Assembly (NCBI RefSeq): GCF_016433145.1
Contig: NC_058130.1
Location: 87,579,853-87,643,852 of the forward strand
Source of the DNA: Gracilinanus agilis
Lineage: Eukaryota
DNA length: 64,000 bases
Direction of reading: 5' to 3'
In this document: piece by piece, positions 1-17,753 of the stretch
Layout of the letters: the number at the start of each line of letters is the position of its first letter
Numbering within the stretch: the stretch's first letter is position 1
Notes under the pieces: generated by a model
The model's database searches: none
What the model saw: only the letters and a program-made list of their open reading frames with translations
What the model was told of the DNA's origin: nothing
Position numbers and translations under genes: made by a program

Positions 1-210
1 AAGGAAGGAAGGAAGGAAGGAAGGAAGGAAGGAAGGAAGGAAGGAAGGAAGGAAGGAAGGAAGGGAAGAAGTAAGGAGGTAGGGAAGAAGTAAGGAGGTA
101 GGGAGGAGGTAGGCAGGAGAGAGGCAGGGAAGAAGGGAAGGAAGGAGGAAGGGATAAGGGAGAGAGGAAAGAGAAGGAAGGGAAAAAAAGAGAAAAAAGT
201 GAAAGAAAGA
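1..210 (+). repeat. (GGAA)n microsatellite plus GA-rich low complexity
   Basis: About 15 GGAA units at 1-62, then purine-only sequence. Confidence 0.95.
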
Positions 211-983
211 TCTGGTTCTGCTTGGTGCAAGAGGGTAGAACTGGAACCAGAAAGGATTGGGGAGTCCTGAGAAGGCTGATTTCAGCTCAATAGTTTAGAA
301 TTTCTTCACAAGTATAACTACACAACAAATAAATAGAATGTCTTGTCAAGTTATGAACTCCTGTCCCGAGAAGTCTTTTGTGGCTGATTACTTGTCAGGG
401 ATATTGTGGGAGGGATTCCTGCCTCGGATAGGATTCGGCTAGATAATAAAAATAGCCTAAGACATTTGTGTAGAGATTCATGGTTTCCCAAGTACTTTAC
501 ATACATTATCTCCTTTCCTTCCTCACAACAACACTAGGAGGGAGATGTCATTATCAACACATTTCACAGACGAGGCTGTTCTTAGAGGAGTTGAGTGACT
601 TTGTCATGGTTGCTCAGCCAGTAATCAGCAATGAGATTCAAATTCAAGTTTCTCCTCATTCCAAATACATCACACTTTCTGCTGCCTCCCCAACTCCCTG
701 ACTTCTGAGATCCCTTCCAACTCGTTCTAGAATGAGACATGACCTTAGTTCTAACATGAAAGAGCCTTGGTCTGAGGACTTGTGTTCAAGGTCCAGTCCT
801 AAAGACTCACTTTCCTCATCTGTAAAATGGGCATGCTATTATTTGTTCTTCCTATTTCATAAGGTGGTTGTGAAGAAAGTACTTTGGAAACTGCTAATGC
901 TGAAGAAATTTGAGTAAAACAGAAGATGTCTGCTGGAAGAGGCTATAGAGATGGCCATGTGTAACCTGTTCATTTTATTTATT

Positions 984-1178
984 CTTTTTTTAAAAGCCCT
1001 TACCTTCCGCCTTAGAATAAGTACTGTGTATTGGTTTCAAGGCAGAAGAGTGGTAAGGGTAGGCAATGGGAGACTTGCCCAGCATCACACAGCTAGGAAG
1101 TGTCTGAGGTCAGATTTGGACCCAGGACCTCCTGTCACTAGGACTGGCTCTCAATCCACTGAGCCACCCAGCTGCCCC
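984..1178 (-). mobile_element. SINE1_Mdo-like tRNA-derived CORE-SINE
   Basis: Head ...ccactgagccacccagctgcccc, CORE, T-tail; TSD taacctgttcatttta (962-977, 1180-1195). Confidence 0.85.
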
Positions 1179-1469
1179 CTAACCTGTTCATTTTAGAGGC
1201 CAATATGCAGGTGTGTTTGGGTCAGGAGGAAGACCTTCCTGAGATATAATAATGTAGTCTTTCTGTACAAGCTTCTTTTAGAACAATGTTGGCATTAACA
1301 TTAATTGGTGAATTAATTAATCGGATATGTAACATTAATATAAATTAGTAACAATAATAATAACTGACATTTATTTAGGGCTTTAACATTTGGAATATTT
1401 TTTATGTATTTAGTTCATTTGGGCCTTCAAACAACCCTGTGTTGGGAGGTGGTCATGGAGGTCTTCCCT

Positions 1470-1670
1470 CCATCTCGTTCAGTTGTTTTCATCCTCTCCT
1501 ACTCTTTGGGACCCCACTGGGGCTTTTCTTGGCAAAGCTATGGGAGCGATTTTTCATTTTCTTCTTAAGTGCATTTTTCAAATGGAGAAATGGAGGCAAA
1601 CAAGGTGAAGTGACTTACCCAGGGCCAAATCGCTAGTAAGTGTCTGAGGCCAGATTTGAACTCCTGAAGC
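1470..1670 (-). mobile_element. MAR1-like marsupial SINE (CORE + RTE-type tail)
   Basis: gaccccactggggcttttcttggcaaag... followed by CORE-like sequence. Confidence 0.55.
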
Positions 1671-2838
1671 TCTGTCTTTATGACTTTCCTGCCGGTGCGC
1701 CATCCCCTGTGCCCCCCAGCTGCCGCTATCGCCATCTTACACATGAGGAACACAAGGCTGAGAGAGTTTAATAACATACCTTGTGAGGCCAGAGCTAGAA
1801 AGTACCTGAAGAGACATTCGAACCCAGGTTTGTGTGATTCTAGGGCCGGAGTTCTGACCACTAGGCTATAGTGTCTGCCGTAAGGCTGACTTCTGAGATT
1901 TGGGCTTGAAATGAACCTTAAAGAACATCTAGTCCAGCCTTCGCATTTACAGATGAGGAAACCGAGGAATAAGAGGAGAAGGGATTGGCCTTATGTCACG
2001 CGGGTGAATCTCTGCAGAAGCAGAGATTCTGCCCCCGTCCATCCAAAGGCCAGAGGTGGTGGCCCAGGAGGGAAAGAAAGTAAGTCTATAGGCAGGGGGA
2101 GGCTGCTTTGAGCGGTTCTGGGCTGTGGTCTGAACTGGGCGGACTGTGAAGTTTTAGGGGCCAATCAGAGGCAGCCATCGCCATTTGTGTTCAAGGACAG
2201 AGGAATCCATTGGTCAAAGGTGGAGGAAGCCCCTAGAAATGACCCATACTCCCTCCTCTCCCAAAGGGCTCCTGAGAAGGCTGAAATAAACCAGCGAAAC
2301 CCCACTGACCTGTAACTGGACTTAGGAGATGGGGGAGATCCCAGGCAGATCACTTCAGCGCTCTGCGCCTCGGACTTCCCTCTCCATAAAATGGGGATGA
2401 TGGCCGTGTTGGCTCCAGGATCCCTTCCGGCTCCCCATCGGTGATCCTATGACCCCCTGCTCCCCTCCCCTCATCCTACACTGCCCTCCCTGCTTCTCTA
2501 GCCCCGCAGCCGTTTTCTCTCCTATCTTCCATTTCTGCCCCCATTCCCCATTCTTCACAGAGAGGCCCTTCCATTCAGCCAGGTTCCTCTCCTTCTGAGG
2601 TAGGAAGGGAGAGTGGAAACAGTGTTCGTTTGGGAGTATAAATTCTCTGAGGGCGGGCACTATAGTTAACACATGCGTGGCACAAATTTAATAAATGCTT
2701 TTTGAGCAATTGATTGGTTGATTTGAAGTTCAAGGACTTGGGGTTTGAGTGTCCAGCACCATCACTAATTGGGTATCAGTTTCCCCATCTGTAAAATGGG
2801 GATAATAGCACTTGTTCAAGAAAATGAGACGAGGAGAT

Positions 2839-5040
<2,202 letters not shown>

Positions 5041-6146
5041 AATATTAATCTCATTCCCATGTGTATTGATCCATACTCTGCTAGGAGTAAATTGTGTGAC
5101 CTTGGGCTAATCACTTAACTTTTCTGGATCTCAGTTTTTTTCATCTCTAAAATGGGGATAATAGAATTGGGTGTGCCTAACTCACTGTTCTTGGAAATTC
5201 AAATGAGATCATATCCACAAAACCCTTTGCAAACTTGAAAGCCAGTTTGAAATGGCAGTTATTATTAGTTTTGCCCTCTGGGGCCAGGTAAAGAAAAGCT
5301 TAATCTTGCTTCCCGAGGTTGGCCCTTCAGCTATTTGCAGACTGGATCCATTCTTCCCGATCCTTCTCTCCTCTAGGCTAAGCATGCTCAGTTCCTTCAG
5401 GGATCCTTGTGTCCCTTGTCTCCATATTTCTCAGCATGCAGGTCACCCTCTTCTGGACTAGGTCCCAGTTGGTCGGTGCCCTTCCCGAGATATAATTGTT
5501 TAGAATAAATGCCATAACACTCACCGCCTCCCTGCCCCGGGTTGAAGCCAATGGCTTCTCAATGCAACCCAAGATCATTAATTAATTGGGTTCATTAATG
5601 CAACTTGTGGTGGCCTATGTCCCATGATTACTAATAATGCTGAGCACTAAGATTTACCAAGTGCTTTATAGATGATCTCAATTTATTTTCACAACAACCC
5701 AGGGCTGTCCGTGCTAGGATTGCCTCCGGATCGCAGAGGAGGAAGCTTGATGAAGCGAGGGTAAGTGATTTGCTTGGCATAACACAGATAAAATTAGCTA
5801 GTGACCCCTCTAAGGATTGACTTGAACTTGGGTTGTCTTCCTGCCTTCAGGTCCATTGTGCCACCTAACTTCCTGTGACTGATGCCCATAGAGAGTTCTA
5901 GCTGAAGCCTGTAATTTTAGGCTTTTGGCAATCCTGACTTCTTATCCTAATATGTTTTCACAATAGCTCACTCTTTCCTTCCAAAGGACACATGCTCTGT
6001 TTTTTTAAAGGAAATAAATTTAAACTAGATATATTTTGAGTAAAAAACTCATGAAAATCCCACAGTATCATATGGAATTAATACAGCCATGAGGGTGCCG
6101 AAAGTGAATGGAAAATGACTCTGACCATAATTCTGACCCTTTATAT

Positions 6147-6333
6147 CAGGGGTCGGCAACCTTTTTGGCCGTGAGAGCCATAAACGCCACATTCTTTAAA
6201 ATGTAATTTTGTGAGAGCTCACAGTGTGTGCTCCTATAACAGTGAGAGCTCACAGTGCACACTCCTGTAAAGCGCCTGAAAAATAATTGACTTTATGGCT
6301 CCTGCAGAAAGAGCCATACGTTGCTGACTCCTG
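6147..6333. mobile_element. Non-autonomous hAT DNA transposon (MITE), 187 bp
   Basis: 14-bp TIRs caggggtcggcaac / gttgctgactcctg (2 mismatches); perfect 8-bp TSD ctttatat at 6139-6146 and 6334-6341. Confidence 0.88.
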
Positions 6334-6384
6334 CTTTATATCAATCCACACTAGCATCTCTATCTAGATACTCCCTTCCCCCAT

Positions 6385-6590
6385 GGGACAACTAGGCTCG
6401 GTGTTTTAGAAAGCCAGACATAGAGATGAGTGGTCCTGGGTTCAAATTTGACCTCAGACACTTCCTAGCTATATGACCCTGGACAAGTCACTTAACCCCC
6501 ATTGCTTAGCCTTTACCACTCTTCTGCCTTGGAACCAACACTTAGTATCAATTCTAGGACAGAAGGTAAGGGTTTAAAAAAAAAAAAAGG
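6385..6590 (+). mobile_element. SINE1_Mdo-like SINE
   Basis: Same body and A-tail; head degraded. Confidence 0.75.
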
Positions 6591-7740
6591 ATACATACTC
6601 CCCTACCCCCCAACAGGTTCAGCTGAGCCTCGAGCCTCTCCTATCCCTCTGCCCCTTAAACCCTTCAACCCTAAGCTTAGGATGGGGACAATCATGCAGA
6701 GATTTGCTGAGCATCTACTGCCCCCATCCTCTTGAGTAACCATCCCCAGGATTGTTGAGGCAGCAGATGCTTAGCAAAGTGCTGATCAATTAGGTCTGAC
6801 TGACCCCACTCCGCTTGCTTGTTCCCTTCTGAAACTTAGAGTTGAGGGGTTAGTTAAAGGGGGCATCCTCTACTCTAGATCCTTTCTGTGGCTCCCTCCA
6901 GCCTCCTCCCCTGCCTGGGAGTCCAAGACCCACTCTTTAAGTAGCCAACACATCTCCAAACGCCCCACTCTTCATCCTTCCACTTCCCCTTTCCAAGGTC
7001 CAGTTGATGCTGTCTTGTTTTGAGCCCTGCTGGAGATCTTGATTCCAAGCTTAGCTTTGCCACTGTTGTTTCCTGGGTCCCCCACTGGCTGTGTGATCCG
7101 GCACAAAGCTCTCACCTCAGTTTTCCCCATCCATGTACCAGAGGCAGCACCATGTGCCCTCTGTACCTCATCCGAGCTGTATTGTGAGATTGATAGTAGT
7201 TGATCTCATAATACATCTGGATGGGGGCAACCATATGGAAGTAAAGCCGTGATCATCATCCTGGATCATCAGAATCTCCCAATTGTTATACAGATTGGCG
7301 CTTTTCCAGGAATGTATTCATTCCAAACAAACTAACCTTGCAAGCCCTCAATCTTCCTATGCCCTCTCCTTCCTGGGTATCTGAGCAGCCTAGCTAGCCA
7401 TCTCTTATGCCTAGGCACCGTGGTTTAGTGAAAATGGTGTTGACTGAGCATCAGAGAACTGGCTTTTTCCATTTATTTCCCATGTGACTTAGGTCAAATA
7501 AATAACTTAACTTCTTGGACCATCATCTGTAAAATGAGATATTTGGACATGATGGCCTCTAAGGTTCCTTCCAGCTCTAAATGGATGCCATTCCTTCTTC
7601 ATCTCCTTCAGGGCCCACCTTAAATATTCCTCCTTCTATGAAGTTGGCCTTGATTCTCCCAGACAATGAAAATGACCTCTCCCTCGTTTCCCTCACATTT
7701 GGTCTGGACATCCTTTCTCCTTTCTGAATTCTCATATCTG

Positions 7741-7742
<2 letters not shown>

Positions 7743-7780
<38 letters not shown>
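7743..7780 (+). repeat. (CA)n microsatellite
   Basis: About 19 CA units. Confidence 0.95.
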
Positions 7781-7782
<2 letters not shown>

Positions 7783-7888
7783 TCCTCCCTTCTTAGACTA
7801 TAATTCCTGCCAGGGGTAACTAGGCCACTTTTTAAGCTCTCAGGACCCTCAGTACCAGGCCAAGGTATACCGTACAAAGTAGGCACTA

Positions 7889-8785
<897 letters not shown>

Positions 8786-10199
8786 TTAGAAATGCCAGTG
8801 AATGATTTCTTTGATACTTGGGGGCCAAACCAGGCTCCTAGTTTACTCGATCCCTGGAAAGGACCTCACAAGGAATCTCTCCATTCCTCGGACACATGAC
8901 TGTGGGTCCTACCCCTTCCCAGGGGTATTTCAGTCCCACTGCTTGAGCTTCAGTTTGGGGGACCTGCTCCCATCATCACTGCTCTCTAACTGTTCCTCCT
9001 CCAGGTCCTTCCCACAGTTCCCATTTTATTGGAAGGATTTCCTATTTCCTTCTTCTAGAGACCGAGGGGTCTAGAACTCTGTCCCTCCCACTGAAAGTCT
9101 AACCTCTATCCTTTTCATTCTAAGTGGCTGGGTAGAAATGAGCACATCCAGGTGGAGGGCACCCAAGTCCCTGAGTTAGAGTCACACTTGTGACCTCATA
9201 GATGGCTCCTATCACCCCTTTTCAGACCAGGCCAAGGCTGCTTAAGCTAAGAGGACAGCCAAACCATCTGTCCAGAAGCCATGGGACTGGTACAATCTGT
9301 AAGGGGTAGACCAAGGGTAGTGGGCAAGAGCCTGGAGGTCCTCAATTTCAGGGAGGAAAGGGTTGATTTGGACCATGGGCTGATCTTCCCTGAGGTAGAA
9401 GGAAAAACTAGATTACCTCTGGAGATCAGTGAGCAAATCCAAACTGATGCTGGGGATTTGGAGCTTTTGGAGTCTGGGCTAGGGTGGGAGGAGTTGGGCA
9501 TCTTCCTTTCTCTGTCTTTATCCATCCCTTTCTCTCCCCCCTCCCATGCTGGATGATACCAAAAAAGAAAAAGAAAAAGCTAGAAGAAGAAGCATCACTC
9601 CATAAAAACAACTTGGATAAGGTATGATTCTTGTTCTGAGTCCTTGGGAGGTTGGATGGTGAATAGTGATTAAAGGTTAAGAAATAGAAAAGATTTCTTT
9701 TTAAGTTAAGAAGACTAGGATAAGAGATTTGGGAGAAAGGCTTAAAGACGAAGGTGGATGGAAAATTTATAGCTGGGCTATCTGTGCACACACAAAGGCA
9801 AAGGATGGTAGGAGTGGAGAGGGAAGAGAAGGGAAGAGCAGAGAGAAAGGTAAGGAAGGAGAGAGGAGGGGAGAGAAAAGGAAGGAGGGGAAAGGGACAA
9901 GAAGGTAGAGAGATGAGGAAAGAAAAGGAAGGAGTTAGGCAAGAAAGAGATAGGAAGAAGAAAAGAAAAATGGAAGAGAAATGTGGGAGGGAGAAAGAGG
10001 ATGGAGATTGAGAGAGGGAAGGGGGAGACATAAATTAGGAGATAAAGGTGAAGGCACAGACCAAGATATCAAAGGAACTACAGGATATGATAGTTGAACC
10101 ATTAGTCACTATCCCCGATCTTTCAAAGATTTCGTAAGGTGCTGCAAGACTGGCGGAGAGGAAATATCCAGATTTGGGAGAAGGCTGGAAGGAAGAGTA

Positions 10200-11150
10200 G
10201 AGGGGACAAGCTATAGGCCTATAGATTTCACTTCAATTTCGGGGGGGGGGGTGACTATAGATTGTATAATTAAAGGACTAGTTTGGGAACACCTGGAAAA
10301 GAAAGCTCTAAGAGTCCAGATATCTTTATCAAGATATTATGCCAAATGAAGATCATTCATTTTATTGACAGGATAATTGGATAGGCAGATCAGATAGTTG
10401 AGAGTTGATTTTTATTTCAATCAAAGAACTGGACAAAGTCTCTTATATTGTTCTTCCAGACAAGATGGACAATTGTGGGCTGGACAACAGTATTAGGTAG
10501 AATCTGAACTCGTTAAATGACTGAACCTAAATAGTGACCTTTGAGGTCCCAAGAATCCATAGTATTATGCTGCTATCCATCTGACCAGCTAAGGCTGTCT
10601 TAGTTGGAAGTACATCAAGAGACCTGATATCCAGAACAAAGGAGACAATGGTTCTGCTCTCAGCAGATCCCATGTAGAGAACTGTGCTTAGTTCAGGAAA
10701 CTACACTTGAGGATGTTGACTACCTGGAGGAGTATGACTGGGATTTGGGGGTCAGAAGACTATGTCACAAAAGAAGTGACTGAAGGAACTGAGGCTGCTT
10801 AGCTAGGAGAAGAGAATACATGGGGGAAGGAGGGGCATGGCCCTTATTTTCAAGTGTCTACAAAGCTGCCACATGAAAGAAGGGGATGCTTTTTTTTTTG
10901 CTTGGCTCTGGAGGGTCAAACTAAAAGCAATGTAAGTGTAAAAAGGCTAATTTAGGGTTCCGGGAGAGGGGAAGCTTCTTAACAATTAGAGCTCTTTAAA
11001 GGTGAAAAGGATTGTCTCCAGAAATAATGAGTTTCTTATTCTTCAAGTGAAGACGGGATGACCTCCTGATGGGAATGTTGCCCAGGGATTCTTGATCAGG
11101 GGCAGGTATGAGTCTGGTCTAGATGATGTCTGAAGTTTCTTCCAGGTCTG
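10200..11150 (+). mobile_element. Ancient CR1/L3 LINE 3' fragment in GRM2 intron 2
   Basis: Degenerate CR1 RT and 3' motifs (ttgatttttatttcaatcaaagaactggacaaagtc; ctagatgatgtctgaagtttcttccag). Confidence 0.55.
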
Positions 11151-11159
11151 AGGAGTGAG

Positions 11160-11560
11160 TGAATGGAGAGGGAAGGGAAAGGAGAAGGGAGAAAGAGGAG
11201 AGGAGAGAAGAAAAAGGAGAGGATAGGAAGGAAAGAGAAGAAAGGGGAGGAGAGATGAGAGAGGAGAAAAAGGTGAGAGCAGGGAGAAGAATGAGAAGAG
11301 AAAAAGAGTAAGATGAGAGAATGAGGAGACATGACAGGAGAAAAAGGAGAGAGAATAGGAAGGAGAGGAAAGAAAGGGGAGGAGGAGAGAGGAGAGACAG
11401 GAGAAACGAATGAGAGAGTAGGAAGAAGAACGGGGAGAAAAGAGAAAGAATAAGAGAAGAATGAGGAGAAATGACAGGAGAAAAAGGAGAGAGAAGAAAG
11501 GGGAGGAGAGTAGAGAAAAGAGGGGGAATAGGGAGGAGCAGGGATTGGGGAGAAGCAGGG
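11160..11560 (+). repeat. Polypurine tract with ~140-bp internal duplication
   Basis: atgaggaga(c/a)atgacaggagaaaaaggagagagaa occurs at 11321 and 11461. Confidence 0.85.
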
Positions 11561-11664
11561 AGACAGCTAAGAGACGACAGCTGATGGGCTACGGAGAAAG
11601 ACCGGGCATTCCCAGCTAAGGCCACTGTCGCGGCTGGGAGAAAGACTCCCTTTCCCCGCTCTAA

Positions 11665-12066
<402 letters not shown>

Positions 12067-12128
12067 GAATTCTGGGGTCCAAGGGGCTGGGGTGGCTGTG
12101 GGGGGACCCCTCGAGCTCTCCCTCTCCC

Positions 12129-12134
12129 AATAAA
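12129..12134 (+). terminator. Poly(A) signal of nested IQCF-like gene
   Basis: AATAAA 62 nt after the TAG stop at 12064-12066. Confidence 0.7.
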
Positions 12135-13923
12135 GAGTATGGACTGGACCGACCCGGCCTGGTCTCGCCTTTTAGCCGCTCCTCCACGGGCCCTGGCCTT
12201 AAGGAATCCTGGACTCCTTACCAGGTAAGGACCTTGGAGAGGAGCATCTCGTCCGCGAGCTTTCCACAAAGATGTAAACAATACCAGAGCAGGGGTAGAA
12301 TTTGCTCCCGTTTAGGGGGGTAGGCAGGTAGTAGGGTCCTCCAGGCTCCTTCCCTTTCTCCCTAGGGAAGATCCTCACCCATACCCCCATCACGCCCCCG
12401 GCCTCCTGCCTTCTTTATAGGAGAATCCGCCACGTTGTCTCTAAAGGGAAAATCAAGGGCCCGGCTGCCCCTTCCTCCTTACTGGTAGGAGGACCCAAGA
12501 ATCCTTGCTCCCAGTGCCTGCTTGGCTGCCTTCTATTTTACTGGGAATGGGAGGACTGACCATCTTCCTTTGACTTTCCTCTGTCCTTTCTGCCTCAGGC
12601 TGTACTTTCTACTGCTACTGCTAGCCTTGGGGGGCCTGGATTCTTGAGTTTTGTCTTTGGCAAGGGCTACTGCCTGGTGGAGTGCCCTGGGAACTGGACA
12701 GCCCCACCTGAGAAGAACGTAGCTGGCAATGAGGGGAGGGGAAAAGAAAGAAGGGGAAACCCTGTCCTGGACCCTGTCTCCCATGAGCCAGAATGCCAGA
12801 TGGTAAGAGCAGGCAAGACCTCAGCTGGGCCTGCATTGGCTCACCTCTCCCCAGGGCCTTTGCAAACAGGATTCCCTCTTCAGGCTTTCCAGACAGAATT
12901 AGATGTTGAGGGAAGGAGAAGGGGACTGGTGCATGTACACATGTATGTATGTATGAGCAAGTATGTGGGAATGGCCTTGTGGCCTCCTGCACATGTGGGT
13001 ACCCTTCCCATAGGAGGTTGTCTTCCCATCTTAATCCCTTCCCTCATACTCCAAAGCCTCTGCTTCCTTCTTGTTCCCTCCCATTCCTCCTATCCAGCCA
13101 TCCAGGTCTCTGTCTGCCCAGCTCTCCATGTTTCTCTTCTCAGTCCCATGGACTTTCTCTCAGCCTCCATCTCTGATTTGTCTTCCTATGGCTGAGTCTC
13201 ACTATGTCTCCGTGTGTCTTTATCTCTAACTTTTTCTTGTGACTGCTTGTGTTTCACTACCTGTCTGTATTTCTGTGTCCTCCTATTGGGAAGCATCAGT
13301 GGCATCCTGGGAAAAGCACAAGGGTGTAGTATCAAGAGGACTTGGAGGAGTCTTGCTTCAGATCCTAGTTCTGTGCCCAATGGCCAATCACGCCTTCGCG
13401 CCTCAGTTTCTTTATTTGTAAGGCTGATATAGCACCAACCTCACAAGGTTGTTCTGAGGATCAAATTGACCTGTTCTCCTCTTGCTCTGCCCCCTCTTTT
13501 TCCTCTGACCTGTGTCATACAATCTCTCCTTTTCCCTCTTTCCCCCCAAACGTTTCTTGTTGGGTCTTTGCACTTCATGATCTCTGCTTTGCTCTCTCTC
13601 CAAATCTCTAACAATCTTTGCTTTGCCACCATTTCTGTTGCCTGTGCTCTCTCTGTCTTTCCATGCCCATCTTACAGCCACCCCCTCTGTGTCTCTATCT
13701 TTGTCTCTGTATCCCCTTTTCTCACTCTCTGTGTCTCCATTAGGACTGTATAGAAAGGAATGGGCTGCTTTGGGAGCTATTCCAGCGCCAGCTACGAGCA
13801 TCCCACTTTCCTCCAAATGCATAGGGATCTTCTGGAGGCTGGGATTCTATGCTTTCAATTCTCAGCCTTCTGAGTCTCTCTTTCGGACCCGTCCCTTGGT
13901 GCATTGTTCTGTTTTGCTCTCTA

Positions 13924-15180
<1,257 letters not shown>

Positions 15181-17152
15181 ACCTGTAGAAAGACAGAAAC
15201 ATGGCAACTGGGCGATAGGGAAAATTAGGTGGGCTTCCCCAACACTCCCACCTCATATATTCAATTCCACTCTGAGAGGAAGGAGTTTTCTAGGGCCAGA
15301 GGAAAAGATTATTCATTAATTAAGGAGAGGGGTGGCTGACAGTGACTGGCTTCTGACCTGTTCCCTGGGGCCTCATTTCTTCCTCCTCCCTTCTGTCTTG
15401 CACTGTGTCATCCCTGATCCTTTCTTTCTAAAGGCTNNNNNNNNNNNNNNNNNNNNNNNNNNNNNNNNNNNNNNNNNNNNNNNNNNNNNNNNNNNNNNNN
15501 NNNNNNNNNNNNNNNNNNNNNNNNNNNNNNNNNNNNNNNNNNNNNNNNNNNNNNNNNNNNNNNNNNNNNNNNNNNNNNNNNNNAGGAAAGGAGATAAGGC
15601 CTTGGCTAGAGGTAAGGGGAGACTTCACACAAATATTCTAGCATTCTCAGATACCTGGCACACAAAAACAAAATATCTGGTGAGGACCTTAACCATAACA
15701 TCAGTACATACAGAGATCCCTGACTTTTGTGATTCAGTTTCTGGACAATACCTGGAGCAGAGGCACTTTTAAGAGGAAGAAGGATCTCTAAGAGTTAACT
15801 TAGGGTCCCAGGGTGGCTAGGACCAAGCTGAATGAACCTAGGTGTCTGTCCAAAGTCACGTAGTCCCCTTCTAGTCTATTTTTGCTGAAAAATTCCCAAC
15901 AGTTGGCCAAGGGAAGAATGAGAGGGAAATGAGGCATTTCAAGCTCCTGTATAGTTCCCTTTCTCTGTCTCTGCTTGTATGGCTGAGTGACTGTGTGTTC
16001 AGGTGTATATGGCTGCCAGTGTGTGTATACAGGTGGGTGTGTCTGTGTGCATTTGTGCATGCCTTAGTGTGTGCTTAAATTTGAGTATGTGTCTGAATGT
16101 GTGTGATTTAGGTTAGAAATGTGGGGGAAGTTGGTTAGTTCCTACACTTTCCCTCAGGTATCACAAAGGCACCCAAAGGCTGGATCTAGGTTCCAGTCTG
16201 TTTCCCTGATTTAAAAGGATGAGGGCAGGGAAAGAGATACTGTTTCAGTGCCTCAGTTTCCTCAGCCTGACAATCTTTATAAGTCACCCCCCCCTCATTG
16301 TCACACACACATATATACAGTTTTCCCTTTTTATATACACAGACAGACTCCTTGATGTTCAGCCTTGCAGGTATATATGCATACTTCTTCCCTGGGAAGT
16401 GTCACATTTCCAAGGTACAAGACAGGGAAATTGAGGTCCAGGGGGAAAGAGACACTTGTTCAGAACTACCTACTTAGGTTTCAAGTGTTTTGACAATCCA
16501 ATCCAAGGTTTTCAATGTCCCCTGCTGCCACCTGTTCTTACTGTTTTCTTCTCTGGTTCAATGGGGTCTCTCCTCATGGAAGCACCATCTCTGCCCCCTA
16601 TTTATATTTTTGGGACCAACCCCATTCTCTCCATAAAAGAACATAAGACACTGTGAGGATCACCAGGAGGAATAGGAGAGACAGACAGAGGAATGGAGGA
16701 GGCAGAATCAGCCTGGGGGGATCCAAAAGGGGGTGACAACCAGAGAAAGGGGGAGAAACGGACGTGGGGGAGGGAAACGAGAGGGAGGCAGAGAAACAGA
16801 GATGGGGAAGAAGAGAGACGAGAATGGGAAGAGAGAGACAGAAACAAGAAGTGGGATGCAGGGAGGGGGTTGAGAGAAAGGACAAGGAAAGACAGAGACG
16901 GGGGCGTGGGGGAGAGGGAAAGATTCAGAGACACTGACGGGGAGAGGTGGACTGAGACAGCGACAGAGAGACACTGAAAAGAGACGGAGGGACTGAGACA
17001 GAGGCAGTGATGGAGAGGAACCCAACCTGAGTCAGAGCCGTGAGGCAGAAGAGGAAGGCAGGACGGGGCTCATTCTCCCCACTGTCAGGGGCTCTCGGGA
17101 CTGGGACGGAGCGGCCCCGCAGGCTCCAGGGAGGAGCCGGAGCTCGCCTTAC

Positions 17153-17330
17153 CTGCTTCGGCTCGGTTCGGAGACGGAGCTCAACTCGGCGGGTGCCTGG
17201 GCTCCAGGCTTCTCCGTTCTTGCCGTGGCTCCGGCTCTGGCTCCGGCCCGGGCTCCGAGCCACTCTCCTGTCGCCCAGCTCTTGCAGCCGCTTTCATTCC
17301 CGCCCGCCCCGCCCCCGGCCCCTCCTCCCC
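17153..17330 (-). other. GRM2: Putative non-coding exon 1 of GRM2 (5' boundary uncertain, next to N gap)
   Basis: Strong donor CAG|GTAAGG at 17152 inside a CpG-rich region; human GRM2 has a non-coding first exon. TSS not determinable. Confidence 0.6.
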
Positions 17331-17727
17331 TTCCCTCCCTGCTGGCTCTGCCCGCTCCGTCACTCCTCCATCTCTCCCTTTGCCTCTCCTACNNNNNNNN
17401 NNNNNNNNNNNNNNNNNNNNNNNNNNNNNNNNNNNNNNNNNNNNNNNNNNNNNNNNNNNNNNNNNNNNNNNNNNNNNNNNNNNNNNNNNNNNNNNNNNNN
17501 NNNNNNNNNNNNNNNNNNNNNNNNNNNNNNNNNNNNNNNNNNNNNNNNNNNNNNNNNNNNNNNNNNNNNNNNNNNNNNNNNNNNNNNNNNNNNNNNNNNN
17601 NNNNNNNNNNNNNNNNNNNNNNNNNNNNNNNNNNNNNNNNNNNNNNNNNNNNNNNCCCCCTCCGACTTTCTCCGCTTCCCGCGCTAGGAGTAGTGCCTTG
17701 AGCTGCCCCTGCGGACCTCCCGGCCCC

Positions 17728-17753
17728 GGAGCTGTCCGGGCCCAGGTGCTGAA
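17728..17753 (-). promoter_or_regulatory. RE1/NRSE (REST) element, non-canonical 7-nt spacer
   Basis: Minus strand TTCAGCACC-tgggccc-GGACAGCTCC: both REST half-sites in correct order and orientation. Confidence 0.6.

Noticed and set aside
11123-11160. ATGATG...GA|GTGAGT as IQCF first exon
   Set aside because: Phase-2 donor is incompatible with the phase-0 acceptor at 11700, and it lies in a CR1 remnant.
12644-13195. 183-aa ORF beginning with a CLVECPG furin-repeat-like phrase
   Set aside because: Non-ATG start, no further cysteine pattern, ends in low complexity.
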